NCBI GenBank assembly: GCA_017303455.1
Contig: JAFLBM010000020.1
Coordinates: 16,884 to 80,883 of the forward strand
Direction: 5' to 3'
Length of the DNA stretch: 64,000 nucleotides
DNA from: Chitinophagales bacterium
GTDB taxonomy: Bacteria; Bacteroidota; Bacteroidia; Chitinophagales; Chitinophagaceae
This document shows positions 26,147 through 36,255 of this stretch, piece after piece. Made by a program: the position numbers and the translations under genes. Position 1 is the first letter of the stretch. Each line of letters starts with the position of its first letter. The notes beneath the pieces were generated by a model, which was not told where the DNA came from, searched no databases, and saw only the letters and a list, made by a program, of their open reading frames with translations.

Positions 26147-26557
26147 TTATGCCAGGCCGGCTTCCATGGTGATATTTGTATTCAGCAATTTGCTGATCGG
26201 GCAGTTGGCTTTTGCATCCGCAGCACACTCAGCAAATTTTGCCGCATCAATACCGGGAACAGTTGCTGTTACTTCCAGGTGGCTTCCGGTGATAGCACCG
26301 CTATCCAGGGTGATGGTGCATTTTGTATCAATATTATCCGCCGTAAAGCCTGCTGCATTCAGTACAAAACTCAATTTCATACTAAAACAGCCTGCGTGGG
26401 CAGCTGCGATCAGCTCTTCCGGGTTGGTGCCGATACCTTCTTCAAAGCGGCTTTTATACGAATACTGTGTATCCGTTAATACACCTGACTGCGTGGTATT
26501 TGTACCTGTACCTTCTTTACCGGTGCCTTTCCAGTTTGCTGTAGCGTAACGTTTCAT
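26147..26557 (-). CDS. osmC: OsmC-family peroxiredoxin
   Basis: 136 aa. NPEELIAAAHAGCFSM and AKANCPISK supply the two conserved Cys of OsmC. Confidence 0.88.
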   Translation of the reverse strand: MKRYATANWKGTGKEGTGTNTTQSGVLTDTQYSYKSRFEEGIGTNPEELIAAAHAGCFSMKLSFVLNAAGFTADNIDTKCTITLDSGAITGSHLEVTATVPGIDAAKFAECAADAKANCPISKLLNTNITMEAGLA

Positions 26558-26579
26558 AATTAAAGTATTTTAGTTGTTG

Positions 26580-27368
26580 TTATTGCGGTTGGTTTTCTTC
26601 TTCCAGTTCGGCCAGCCTGTTTTCCGGCTCATTGTATTCAATGATGAAATTATTCATCCCCTCCCCGATCATGATCTTCAGAAATTTCTGCTGCACCAGT
26701 TCCAGTAAAGACAGGAAAAGAAAAATAGCATGCACCCTGTTATCTGCTTTTTCAAATATCTTCTCAAAGGATACCGTTTTTTGTTCCTGTGCCAGTGACA
26801 GCATACTCTGGCGGCTGGTTTCCATGGTATAATGATACTGTACCACCGTATGCACCGGCTTATTCACCCGGTCGCTGTATTTCTGCATGGCCCTTTCAAA
26901 AGCCTTCATCAGTTTGAACAGGGTGATATTTTGTATCTCCGTTCCATCCCCCGCTTCTTCCCCGATTTGGGATAGTTCCTTTTGAATGTTCCCTCTTTTT
27001 ACCATCAGCATACGCAGGGCTTCCATTTCAGCCATCTGTGCGGAAGCTTCTTTGAACCGTTTGTATTCAAGTATCTTATTGACCAGTTCTTCCCTTGGAT
27101 CGATCTCGTTACCCTGTGCATCCAGTTCTTTACGGGGCAGCAGCATTTTAGCCTTGATCCGCATCAGGGTAGAGATGAACAGGATGAACTCGCTGGACAT
27201 CTCAATATTCAGTGATTCCTGCTGGTGTATATAAGACAGGAAATCGTTGGTGATATTGGTAATAGGGATATTGTAAATATCCAATTCATCCCTTTCAATA
27301 AAGAAAAGTAACAGGTCAAAAGGGCCTTCAAACTGGGGTAATTTGATCTGGTACGAGGTATTATTCAC
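26580..27368 (-). CDS. scpA: segregation and condensation protein A
   Basis: IKLPQFEGPFDLLLFFIERDELDIYNIPITNIT is the typical ScpA N-terminus. Confidence 0.9.
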   Translation of the reverse strand: MNNTSYQIKLPQFEGPFDLLLFFIERDELDIYNIPITNITNDFLSYIHQQESLNIEMSSEFILFISTLMRIKAKMLLPRKELDAQGNEIDPREELVNKILEYKRFKEASAQMAEMEALRMLMVKRGNIQKELSQIGEEAGDGTEIQNITLFKLMKAFERAMQKYSDRVNKPVHTVVQYHYTMETSRQSMLSLAQEQKTVSFEKIFEKADNRVHAIFLFLSLLELVQQKFLKIMIGEGMNNFIIEYNEPENRLAELEEENQPQ

Positions 27369-27477
27369 TGCTCACTCAAAGTTTACTGGTAAAAGAAAGT
27401 CCCGCACCGGTTTGAAGGCCGGAACGGGACTCAAAAGTAAGGGAAAAAGGCTTCGGGCTGACCCTGCTTTTTCCACG

Positions 27478-27849
27478 TTATTTTTTCAGTGCATCCCTGA
27501 TCTCACGCAAAAGAACAATGTCTTCCGGGGGGGCGGCAGGAGCGGCGGTTTCTTCTTTTTTCTTCATCGAATTCATGGCTTTGATCACCAGGAAAAGAAC
27601 AATAGCAATCAAAATGAAATCAATGACAGCCTGAAGGAAAATACCAACCGGGAAGATAGTGCTCCCGATAGAGAAAGTAACATCAGACATCCCTCCTTTT
27701 CCCATCAGCAGGGCGATAACGGGCATAATGATACTATCAGTTAATGCAGTAACGATTTTTCCAAAAGCACCTCCAATAATGACGGCCACAGCCAGATCAA
27801 CAATGTTGCCTTTCATGGCAAAGTCCTTGAATTCTTTAAGCATTCCCAT
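27478..27849 (-). CDS. mscL: large-conductance mechanosensitive channel
   Basis: LKEFKDFAMKGNIVDLAVAVIIGGAFGKIV is the canonical MscL sequence. Confidence 0.93.
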   Translation of the reverse strand: MGMLKEFKDFAMKGNIVDLAVAVIIGGAFGKIVTALTDSIIMPVIALLMGKGGMSDVTFSIGSTIFPVGIFLQAVIDFILIAIVLFLVIKAMNSMKKKEETAAPAAPPEDIVLLREIRDALKK

Positions 27850-27959
27850 ACAAAAATTAGTTTTAGTGTTTAATTAATAAATCAGCAACTCAGCAATGTG
27901 GTATTTCAAATGGTTCAGACTTACCCTATAAATATATGAGAATTTATTAATGTAAAATT

Positions 27960-28706
27960 TTATTTTTTTATCCCGGGATATTGCATGTCGAGGTTTTTCA
28001 AGACGTCCCGTAATTGGGAAGCAACAATATATTCCTTGTACCAATTTTGATCTGCAGGTACTATGGTCCAGGGAGCTTTGTTACAATTTTCAAAACACTC
28101 TTCATACATCTGCATATACAGATCCCAGAGTTTGGCTTCTTCAAAATCCTTCTCGTTGTACTTCCACATTTTCGCCGGGTCTTTGAGCCTTTCATGAAGT
28201 CGTTCCTGTTGTTCTTCGGGGGAGATATGCAGGTAAAATTTCAGGATATGTGTATGATTATGCTCCTGTATCAGTTCTTCAAAATCATTGATTGCTTTCA
28301 TCCTCTTTTTAGCAGTAGTATCATCACACCATTTATGCACCCTTGTCACCAGTATATCTTCATAGTGTGACCGGTTAAACACCTGTATCATTCCTTTACC
28401 CGGTACCTGTTGGTGAATGCGCCAGAGAAAATCATGGGACAATTCTTCTGCCGTCGGTGCTTTGTATGATTTCACTGTTACTCCCTGCGGGTTCATATTG
28501 CCCAACACATTCCTGATTAAGCCATCCTTGCCGCTGCCATCCATACCCTGTATCACCACCAGAACAGAATGTTTGCCTTCGGCAAATAAGAGGTTTTGCA
28601 ATTCATCCAGTTCTTCCAGGATCTTTATGGTCTTCTTTTTTGTTTCTTCCTTATCCCAGTCTTTCGGGGCCCGGGTGGATATTTTCTTCAATTCAATACT
28701 GCTCAT
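27960..28706 (-). CDS. ppk2: polyphosphate kinase 2 family protein
   Basis: VLVVIQGMDGSGKDG (Walker A-like) and FNRSHYEDILV are typical of the PPK2 fold. Confidence 0.85.
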   Translation of the reverse strand: MSSIELKKISTRAPKDWDKEETKKKTIKILEELDELQNLLFAEGKHSVLVVIQGMDGSGKDGLIRNVLGNMNPQGVTVKSYKAPTAEELSHDFLWRIHQQVPGKGMIQVFNRSHYEDILVTRVHKWCDDTTAKKRMKAINDFEELIQEHNHTHILKFYLHISPEEQQERLHERLKDPAKMWKYNEKDFEEAKLWDLYMQMYEECFENCNKAPWTIVPADQNWYKEYIVASQLRDVLKNLDMQYPGIKK

Positions 28707-28784
28707 CGCTTAGTTGTTTGTTAGTCTTGCAATATAAAAAAATTGCGGCTTGTCCGGTCATTTGATGACCTTTGCCCCTTCTTT

Positions 28785-29717
28785 ATGAGCAATAAATTCA
28801 TCTGCTGGACAATTTTTATTATTCTCTGTATCATCTGGGGCAGTTCTTTCAAGTTGATGAAAGACAGCAGCCTTGCCTTAAACGGGCCACAGATCGCTGC
28901 ATTACGAATTTTTTCTGCCGGTATTGTGTTTGTTCCTTTTGCCTTTTTTTATTTTTCGAAGATCCCGAAACAAAAGTTGGGCACGGTTATACTGAGTGCT
29001 GTCTTCGGTAATTTATTACCGGCTTTTTTATTCGCCATTGCTATGACCCGAATTGATGGTTCACTGGGAGGCATTCTCAATTCACTGACCCCGATCTGTG
29101 TGGCAGTAATTGGTATTTTATTTTTTAAGGACAAGATAAAAACCCAAAAGATCATTGGCGTACTAACCGGGTTCTTTGGATTGGTGTTACTGACCCTTGC
29201 TCCGGCATTACTGGGTCAGAAAACCATCAGTTTTACCAATCTTAATTACACACTACTGATCCTGCTGGCTACCTTTTTGTATGGCATCAATGTTAATATA
29301 GTCAGTCACCGGTTAAAAGGATTGAACCCGATCCATGTTGCTACTGTATCCCTGGCCTTTATGGTTATACCAACAGCTCTTGTACTCTGGCAGCAGGATT
29401 TTTGGCAACTTGATTTTACATCCGCCAGCATCCAGCATGCTGTATTGGCCTCTGCCGGCCTGGGTATTGTTGGCAGCGCTATTGCAACGGTGTTATTTTA
29501 TATACTGGTGCAACGGGCCGGTGGCTTGTTCGCCTCACTGGTTACTTATGGCATTCCTTTTATTGCGTTATTCTGGGGCTTTGTTGATCATGAACACATT
29601 TCCTGGCTACAGGTAATCTGCTTAGGCATCATCCTGCTTGGTGTTTACCTGGCTAACAAACCGGATAAAAAAACAGGCGCAGTAATCGCCACGCCTGGTA
29701 ATACTCTTTCTGAATAA
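28785..29717 (+). CDS. EamA/DMT-family transporter
   Basis: About 10 TM helices in a two-repeat architecture. The start is trimmed to ATG 28785 (MSNKFICWTIFIILCIIWGSSF). Confidence 0.75.
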   Translation: MSNKFICWTIFIILCIIWGSSFKLMKDSSLALNGPQIAALRIFSAGIVFVPFAFFYFSKIPKQKLGTVILSAVFGNLLPAFLFAIAMTRIDGSLGGILNSLTPICVAVIGILFFKDKIKTQKIIGVLTGFFGLVLLTLAPALLGQKTISFTNLNYTLLILLATFLYGINVNIVSHRLKGLNPIHVATVSLAFMVIPTALVLWQQDFWQLDFTSASIQHAVLASAGLGIVGSAIATVLFYILVQRAGGLFASLVTYGIPFIALFWGFVDHEHISWLQVICLGIILLGVYLANKPDKKTGAVIATPGNTLSE

Positions 29718-29722
29718 TTCCC

Positions 29723-30286
29723 TTACACCGCCATTATCTCTTTTTCTTTAGATGCCAGGTGCTTTTCCACCAGTGAAATAAATTTATCCGTCACCTGCTG
29801 CACTTCTGCTTCTGCATCTTTCGCTGCATCTTCGCTCAACCCGTTTTTCTGTAATTTTTTTATATTCTCGATAGCATCGCGGCGGATATTCCGGATCGCA
29901 ATCTTGGATTGTTCCCCTTCTCCCTGGCATCTTTTTACCAGTTCTTTTCTTCGCTCCTCCGTTAAAGGAGGCAGGAAAAGGCGGATAAGAGCACCATCAT
30001 TCTGCGGTGTTACACCAATGTTGGCAGCAATAATGGATCTTTCGATAGGCTGCAGCATATTTTTTTCCCAGGGCTGGATACTTAGTGTCCGTGCATCCAT
30101 TACACTGATATTGGCTACCTGGTTAATAGGCATAGGTGACCCGTAATAGTCCACCACCAGGCCATCCAGCATCTGCGGGTTGGCTTTGCCTGCCCTGATC
30201 TTGACCAGTTCTGCTTCCAGGTGACTGATCGCTTTGTTCATATGATCATCTGCAGTTGTGATGATCGAAGGAATATCTTCTGTCAT
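29723..30286 (-). CDS. frr: ribosome recycling factor
   Basis: 187 aa. LVKIRAGKANPQMLDGLVVDYYG, LTEERRKELVK and IAIRNIRRDA are present. Confidence 0.94.
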   Translation of the reverse strand: MTEDIPSIITTADDHMNKAISHLEAELVKIRAGKANPQMLDGLVVDYYGSPMPINQVANISVMDARTLSIQPWEKNMLQPIERSIIAANIGVTPQNDGALIRLFLPPLTEERRKELVKRCQGEGEQSKIAIRNIRRDAIENIKKLQKNGLSEDAAKDAEAEVQQVTDKFISLVEKHLASKEKEIMAV

Positions 30287-30352
30287 GGTATCTATTGTTT
30301 TAAACCCCGCTCATAACCGGGACGGGACGCAAAGCTAATAAAAGACAGGTAT

Positions 30353-30397
30353 CAAAAAAAAATGCCGGAAGAATCATTGTTGTATTTCTTCCGGCAA
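30353..30397 (-). terminator. rho-independent terminator of the MraY/WecA-family gene
   Basis: 10-bp stem GCCGGAAGAA (30364-30373) pairs with TTCTTCCGGC (30386-30395). The plus-strand A-run 30353-30362 gives a U-tract on the minus strand. Confidence 0.85.
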
Positions 30398-30414
30398 AGA
30401 ATTATTTATAAAGA

Positions 30415-31551
30415 CTAGTTCTTATCAGCAACAGACGCTTCGTGGGTCAATGTAACCACTTTCGAAGTTGTTTTCAGTTCTGTGATTCCATTCATACTTT
30501 TGGCAATAACCATTCTGCGGCGTGGCTTTCTGCGATAATACAACAGCCCGAGACCAGAGTAGGATAAAACCAGCATAACCAGTACCAGGTAAGTAGGTCC
30601 CATTGACCTGCCCAGGTAAGCAAACACCACAAAAAACAGGTTAATACCTACGCAGGTGAAAGTTACTGCGGCATGACCAAGCCCCCTGTCTAATAACAAA
30701 TGATGTATATGATTCCGGTCAGGCGTAAATGGTGACCGGCCATTGACGATACGAATAGCAAATACCCTGAGTGTATCCAGTAAAGGAACAATCAGGATAG
30801 AAACGCCAACAGCTACGGCTGAATCCACGGGTATCAGTATAGCAGGTGAATCAGCCACAGTAATGAATTTGATGACCAGTATCGAATTCACCAGCCCTAT
30901 CATGAGAGAGCCGGAATCGCCCATGAATATTTTAGCCGGGTGATGATTAAATATCAGGAATGCGACTAAACTTCCGGCCATAGAAAACGCTAATAAAGCA
31001 TAGGCCTGCTGATCAACTGCAAAGAAATAAGTACCAAATATGAGCATGGTGATGATACCAAGGCTGGAAGCCAGTCCGTCAATACCATCAATCAGGTTAA
31101 AAGAATTAATGATTACTATGATCGTCAGGTAAGATAGAGCAAGACCAAAAGCTTCGGGCACCTGCTGAAATCCAAACAATCCATGCATACTATCCAACCG
31201 GATACCACCAAGATGAATAAGGATGGAAGCGGCTATTACCTGTCCTACAAATTTTTTGCTGGCAGAAAGCACCATCAGGTCATCTTTCAGGCCCAGAAAA
31301 AAAATCACTAAGGCTGCAGCAAAAAAATATTGAAACTCGGGGTTTTGATTTCCCTGGATAGATAATAAGGCTGCCAATAAGAAGCCGCCAAAGATACCTA
31401 CTCCCCCGAGGGAGGAAACAGGGCGGGTGTGGACCTTTCTTTCATCGGGTATATCGTACAGTTTCTTTTGCTCCGCTATTTGTAATACTACAGGGATAGC
31501 CAGAAAAGAAATGATGAAAGAAACTGAAGCTGTCAAAAGGACATCAAGCAT
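30415..31551 (-). CDS. MraY/WecA-family (GT4) polyprenyl-phosphate N-acetylhexosamine-1-phosphate transferase
   Basis: Polytopic protein with DIPDERKVH, NLIDGIDGLA and FMGDSGSL motifs. Confidence 0.85.
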   Translation of the reverse strand: MLDVLLTASVSFIISFLAIPVVLQIAEQKKLYDIPDERKVHTRPVSSLGGVGIFGGFLLAALLSIQGNQNPEFQYFFAAALVIFFLGLKDDLMVLSASKKFVGQVIAASILIHLGGIRLDSMHGLFGFQQVPEAFGLALSYLTIIVIINSFNLIDGIDGLASSLGIITMLIFGTYFFAVDQQAYALLAFSMAGSLVAFLIFNHHPAKIFMGDSGSLMIGLVNSILVIKFITVADSPAILIPVDSAVAVGVSILIVPLLDTLRVFAIRIVNGRSPFTPDRNHIHHLLLDRGLGHAAVTFTCVGINLFFVVFAYLGRSMGPTYLVLVMLVLSYSGLGLLYYRRKPRRRMVIAKSMNGITELKTTSKVVTLTHEASVADKN

Positions 31552-31785
31552 GCAGGTAAGGTTTTCGTGGGCAAAAATATGTGTTCATGTTTGTTTTTCC
31601 TATTGTGTTTCATGTTTTTAGTGCATTTACGTATTATTTTTTAATGAAACTCGCAGGAATTGATTTTTTATGTCCAGATTGATGGAAGGGGTTTGGGTTT
31701 TGTATCAAAAAAGATTGCACTTTTGCAACTTCATGGGGCATTTGAACCGAAGAGATAGGAAAAGTTTAAAAAATTGATAGTCGTT

Positions 31786-32622
31786 ATGGCAGAATTAAGT
31801 GCAATTGCTACGCAAATCCGCAGGGACATCGTAAGAATGGTCCATGGTTCAAGCAGTGGCCACCCGGGTGGTTCTTTAGGATGTACAGATTTTTTGACAG
31901 CCCTGTACTTTAAAGTAATGAAGCATAACCCGTCCTTTAATATGGACGCAATTAATGAAGACGTATTTTTCCTATCCAACGGGCATATTTCTCCCCTTTT
32001 CTATTCAACACTGGCCCGTTCCGGCTACTTTGATACTAAAGAATTAGCCACTTTCCGGAAATTAAACACAAGGTTACAGGGACACCCTGCTACCCATGAG
32101 CATTTACCCGGTGTAAGGATCGCTTCCGGTTCGCTGGGCCAGGGCATGAGTGCTGCTATTGGTGCCGCCCTGACCAAAAAATTAAATAAAGAGTCAACTG
32201 TCGTTTATTCATTGCATGGCGATGGAGAATTACAGGAAGGACAGATTTGGGAGGCGGCTATGTTTGCAGCCCATCATAAAGTTGACAACCTGATTTCTAC
32301 TGTTGACTGGAATGGGCAACAGATCGACGGACCTACAAAAAAAGTAATGAATCTTGGTGACTTGGCTGCAAAGTTTTCGGCATTTGGCTGGGAGGTTATT
32401 CACCTGGAAAAAGGAAATGATGTGGATGAAGTGGTTAAAACACTGGAGTATGCCAAAACTTTTATTGGTAAAGGTAAACCCATCATGATCCTGATGAAAA
32501 CCGAAATGGGTAAAGGGATTGACTTTATGGAAGGATCGCATGAATGGCACGGCATTGCACCGAATGATGAACAATTAGCCAAAGCATTGGCACAATTGCC
32601 GGAAACACTTGGTGATTATTGA
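31786..32622 (+). CDS. transketolase, N-terminal (TPP-binding) subunit
   Basis: SSGHPGGSLGCTDFLTALYF and GDGELQEGQIWEA. At about 278 aa it is the size of a split-transketolase N-subunit. The start is trimmed to ATG 31786. Confidence 0.85.
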   Translation: MAELSAIATQIRRDIVRMVHGSSSGHPGGSLGCTDFLTALYFKVMKHNPSFNMDAINEDVFFLSNGHISPLFYSTLARSGYFDTKELATFRKLNTRLQGHPATHEHLPGVRIASGSLGQGMSAAIGAALTKKLNKESTVVYSLHGDGELQEGQIWEAAMFAAHHKVDNLISTVDWNGQQIDGPTKKVMNLGDLAAKFSAFGWEVIHLEKGNDVDEVVKTLEYAKTFIGKGKPIMILMKTEMGKGIDFMEGSHEWHGIAPNDEQLAKALAQLPETLGDY

Positions 32623-32646
32623 TTTTGACTTTTGAACTAATTACAT

Positions 32647-32678
32647 AAAAGAAACCGGTAATGGTTTCTTTTTTTATT
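32647..32678. terminator. bidirectional terminator between the convergent transketolase subunit and LolCE-like genes
   Basis: Stem AGAAACC (32650-32656) pairs with GGTTTCT (32663-32669). T7 lies downstream and A4 upstream. Confidence 0.8.
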
Positions 32679-32690
32679 TCGGGGATTTCA

Positions 32691-33947
32691 TCACTCACTT
32701 TTTAATGAAAACTGTTGCAGGGCCGCTTTCCTGGAAGGAAACCAGGATGCCAGTAAGGCAATGATAAAAACAGTAGCTCCCACCAGCAGGAAATCAGCTA
32801 TTCTGAGTTTCACTGGGAAATAATCGATCAGGAAAGAACCCCCTGTTAAGGGAATAAGATGAAAATTGATCTGCAGCACTGCAATGATCAACGCCAGCAA
32901 CATACCGATCCCGCCGCCGATAAGTGCCAGCAACATACCTTCATTCAAAAACACTTTTTGAATAAAACTCCTGTTAGCCCCCAGTGCATGCAATACACTG
33001 ATATCTTTTTGTTTTTCCAGTACCAGCATGGTGAGTGCCCCGATCATGGTGAAAGCAGCAACGACAAGGATAAGACTCAGCACCCCATAAATAGCCCAGC
33101 GTTCCATATTCATGACTGCATACAAGCTTTTATTTTGCTGGTATTTATTCAATATGGCATATTGATCACCCAACACATTCTTTATTTTCTTTTGAATATC
33201 GTCTGCATCCGATGGATCAGTAACAGCGATCTCAATGGCTGAATATTGATCGTCTTTTAATTTCAGTGCATTCCGCAGAAAGTCGATATTGGTAATGCAA
33301 AATGTGTTATCAAAATCCTGCTGCACCATAAAACCACCACTGACTGTGACCTGGCTGGAAGAAATTGATTGCAGTGGGTCCAGTTGTTCGGTCCCGTCTT
33401 TTCTGGGCAGGTAAACCACTAATGGATCCAGGTGATTGTCGGCATCAATATCCAGTGTTCTTTCTACACCCGCACCAATGATCATCTGTGGTGATTCACT
33501 ATCCCCTAACACAAATTCACCTTTAAATAAATTACCAGCCACCCCTGTTACATATCGGTATTGCTTATCCACCCCTTTTAACTGCACTACTTTTTGATTT
33601 TCCCTTTCCTCATCTTCACCGCCAAACTGTCTTGTACGGGTTTGTAAAAAGGCTTTCTCTTCCAGCACCAGTGAGAAATTGCGAATACCCGGAACAGCTT
33701 TAATTTTTTGCAGCTGATCTGATGACACTGTCATCAGTTTCCCGGAAACCGGCATCACCTTAAGATCGGTATAGAAAGAGGAGTACAATGATTTCACCAG
33801 GCCTTCAAATCCATTGAACACACTCAGTACCAATACAAGTGCTGTTGTTCCTATAATAATGGCAGCAACACTTGTCCATGCAATGATATTAATTGCATTG
33901 GTAGTCTTTTTTGCTATGAAATAGCGCCAGGCAAAGAGAAAATGCAA
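32691..33947 (-). CDS. FtsX-like ABC transporter permease, LolC/E family
   Basis: N-terminal TM helix, large periplasmic MacB-like domain and a C-terminal FtsX 3-TM bundle. FIAKKTTN resembles a Lol permease N-terminus. The apparent start codon is TTG at 33947. Confidence 0.78.
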   Translation of the reverse strand: MHFLFAWRYFIAKKTTNAINIIAWTSVAAIIIGTTALVLVLSVFNGFEGLVKSLYSSFYTDLKVMPVSGKLMTVSSDQLQKIKAVPGIRNFSLVLEEKAFLQTRTRQFGGEDEERENQKVVQLKGVDKQYRYVTGVAGNLFKGEFVLGDSESPQMIIGAGVERTLDIDADNHLDPLVVYLPRKDGTEQLDPLQSISSSQVTVSGGFMVQQDFDNTFCITNIDFLRNALKLKDDQYSAIEIAVTDPSDADDIQKKIKNVLGDQYAILNKYQQNKSLYAVMNMERWAIYGVLSLILVVAAFTMIGALTMLVLEKQKDISVLHALGANRSFIQKVFLNEGMLLALIGGGIGMLLALIIAVLQINFHLIPLTGGSFLIDYFPVKLRIADFLLVGATVFIIALLASWFPSRKAALQQFSLKSE

Positions 33948-33953
33948 GGGATG

Positions 33954-33988
33954 AGTTAATTAGTTGTTGATTAGTTAACCGGTTAATT
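33954..33988. repeat. GTTAAT/TAGTT word cluster with the perfect 12-nt palindrome TTAACCGGTTAA
   Basis: AGTTAAT at 33954-33960, TTAGTTAAC at 33971-33979 and GGTTAAT at 33981-33987. The palindrome is at 33975-33986. The element lies between the rbfA stop and the LolCE-like start. Confidence 0.8.
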
Positions 33989-34004
33989 CGTTTTGCGATA
34001 AACC

Positions 34005-34379
34005 TCACCCGTTAGTTTCCGGAGGTTTATCATCGCTGATCTTTTTGAAAATTTCTTCCATTTTAAACACATGATCCAGTGTATCATCCTGGAAGAATTT
34101 CAGTACGGGGATGCTGCGTAGCTGGTGCCGCACCCGGGCTGCCAGTTCCTTTTTGATCTCATGGTGTTTTTCCTCAATTTTATGCAGGGCAGCCGGCACA
34201 TCGGTCACTTGAAAAAAGCTCAGGTAAAACCTGGCTTCCAGCAGGTCCGGGGTCACTTTCACCGAGGAAATGGACACCATTCCGCCATTGATCATACCCA
34301 GACCCAACCGCTGAAAAATGAGGTTCATCTCTTCATTCAGCAGCCCGGCGATCTGTTTCTGTCTTTTACCTTCTTCCAT
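34005..34379 (-). CDS. rbfA: ribosome-binding factor A
   Basis: 124 aa. RQKQIAGLLNEEMNLIF and VSISSVKVTPDLLEARFYLS are typical of RbfA. Confidence 0.88.
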   Translation of the reverse strand: MEEGKRQKQIAGLLNEEMNLIFQRLGLGMINGGMVSISSVKVTPDLLEARFYLSFFQVTDVPAALHKIEEKHHEIKKELAARVRHQLRSIPVLKFFQDDTLDHVFKMEEIFKKISDDKPPETNG

Positions 34380-34445
34380 TTTCTAAACAATTGAGTTCGC
34401 TGTAAAATTAGTTACTTTGCCCCGTTTAAGCGATTAATACAGGCG

Positions 34446-36254
34446 ATGAATAAATATTCAAGGATTTTCAGCTATTTGAAGAATTACAAAGGTAAGATTG
34501 CACTTTATTTTTTGTGTATTCTTCTGTCTATTGTTTTCGGCATTGTTTCGTTCGGTATGCTGGCTCCTTTTTTCGACCTGATCTTCAAGGGTGACAGCTC
34601 CAGCCTTTCCAAAACAATTGATAACCCAGTCATGGAATCCTTACGGTCTATGATGGTCAGGCAGGTTGGTACAATGGATGCGGTGGGTGCACTGGCCCTG
34701 ATCTGTATTATTATTGTCTTTTCGATCTTACTAAAAAACCTGTTCCTTTATTTTTCTTTTTTCATACTGAACCCGTTAAAAAACAAGATCGTCAATACCC
34801 TCCGTTCTGATCTGTACAATAAAATATTACAACTGCCGGTTGGTTTTTTTACTGAACAAAGGAAAGGTGATATTATCAGCCGCAGCACCAATGACGTATA
34901 TGAAGTAGAGAACTCCCTCGTAGGAGCATTAGAAGGATGGATAAGGGACCCTTTGACCATCCTGATTAACTTTGCAGTCCTGTTTTACATCAGCCCGCAA
35001 TTAACACTGGCTATTCTTGTTTGCATCCCTGTTATCGGTTTTATACTGGGCCGTATTTCAAGAACACTAAAGAAACAATCGAATGAAGCTGCCATTAAAC
35101 ATGGCGAATCACTCTCCATCATGGATGAAACACTGAACGGACTGAGAGTGATCAAAGCATTCAATATTGAGACCTTATTGAAATCCCGGTTTGAGAAAAC
35201 CAACGACGAATTACTGAATGCAAAAAACAAGATCAGCCGCCGCAGGGATATGGCATCTCCTGTATCCGAGTTTTTAGGTGTACTGGTTTTTGTAGGCATT
35301 CTCTGGTTTGGCGGACAATTGGTATTGGGACAGAAAATTCCATTGGCCCCCTCTACTTTTCTTGCTTACCTGGCCTTGTTCTATAATATTATCAACCCGG
35401 TAAAAGCATTGTCCACCTCCTTCAGCAATATGCAAAAAGGATCAGCAGCTATTATCCGCATTGAAGAGATCCTGAAGACACCAGTTACAGTGGATGATAA
35501 CCCAACCGGCAAGCAGTTGACTTCATTTAATCACTCTATTGAATTCCGCAATGCCAGTTTTGCCTATGCAGATGCAATCATCCTTGATAATATCAGTTTC
35601 ACTGTATCGAAAGGGAAAACGGTAGCCCTGGTAGGTTCCTCAGGTGCCGGCAAATCTACTTTAGCTGACCTGGTACCCCGTTTTCATGATGTGACTGGTG
35701 GCGAAGTATTAATTGATGGTATTAATATCAAAGAGTATTCTCTGCATTCTGTTCGCAGCCAGATGAGTATTGTTACTCAGGAACCTATTTTATTCAATGA
35801 TACCATCGCCAATAATATTGCGTTAGGTTACCAGCAGGCAACTGCAGAACAAATAGAAGAAGCGGCTAAAATAGCCAATGCCCATGAGTTCATTATTAAA
35901 AAAGACGGTGGCTATACAAGTAATATCGGCGACCGGGGCAGTAAGCTGAGTGGTGGAGAACGCCAACGGCTGACCATTGCCAGGGCCGTACTTAAAAATC
36001 CACCCATATTGATTTTGGATGAAGCCACTTCCTCCCTCGATACAGAAAGTGAACGGTTAGTGCAGGATGCCATCAATAATATGATGCAGAACCGTACCAG
36101 TATCGTGATTGCACACCGGTTGTCGACTATCCGTCATGCAGACGAGATCATCGTATTGCAAAAAGGGAAGATCGTTGAACGGGGAAACCATGAAGAACTG
36201 ATCGCCCAAAATGGCTTTTACAGGAAACTGGTCGAGATGCAGGAGGTGAAGTAA
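34446..36254 (+). CDS. ABC transporter permease/ATP-binding fusion protein (MsbA-like exporter)
   Basis: Six-TM domain, then Walker A GSSGAGKST, signature LSGGERQR and Walker B ILILDEATS. Confidence 0.88.
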   Translation: MNKYSRIFSYLKNYKGKIALYFLCILLSIVFGIVSFGMLAPFFDLIFKGDSSSLSKTIDNPVMESLRSMMVRQVGTMDAVGALALICIIIVFSILLKNLFLYFSFFILNPLKNKIVNTLRSDLYNKILQLPVGFFTEQRKGDIISRSTNDVYEVENSLVGALEGWIRDPLTILINFAVLFYISPQLTLAILVCIPVIGFILGRISRTLKKQSNEAAIKHGESLSIMDETLNGLRVIKAFNIETLLKSRFEKTNDELLNAKNKISRRRDMASPVSEFLGVLVFVGILWFGGQLVLGQKIPLAPSTFLAYLALFYNIINPVKALSTSFSNMQKGSAAIIRIEEILKTPVTVDDNPTGKQLTSFNHSIEFRNASFAYADAIILDNISFTVSKGKTVALVGSSGAGKSTLADLVPRFHDVTGGEVLIDGINIKEYSLHSVRSQMSIVTQEPILFNDTIANNIALGYQQATAEQIEEAAKIANAHEFIIKKDGGYTSNIGDRGSKLSGGERQRLTIARAVLKNPPILILDEATSSLDTESERLVQDAINNMMQNRTSIVIAHRLSTIRHADEIIVLQKGKIVERGNHEELIAQNGFYRKLVEMQEVK

Positions 36255-36255
36255 T

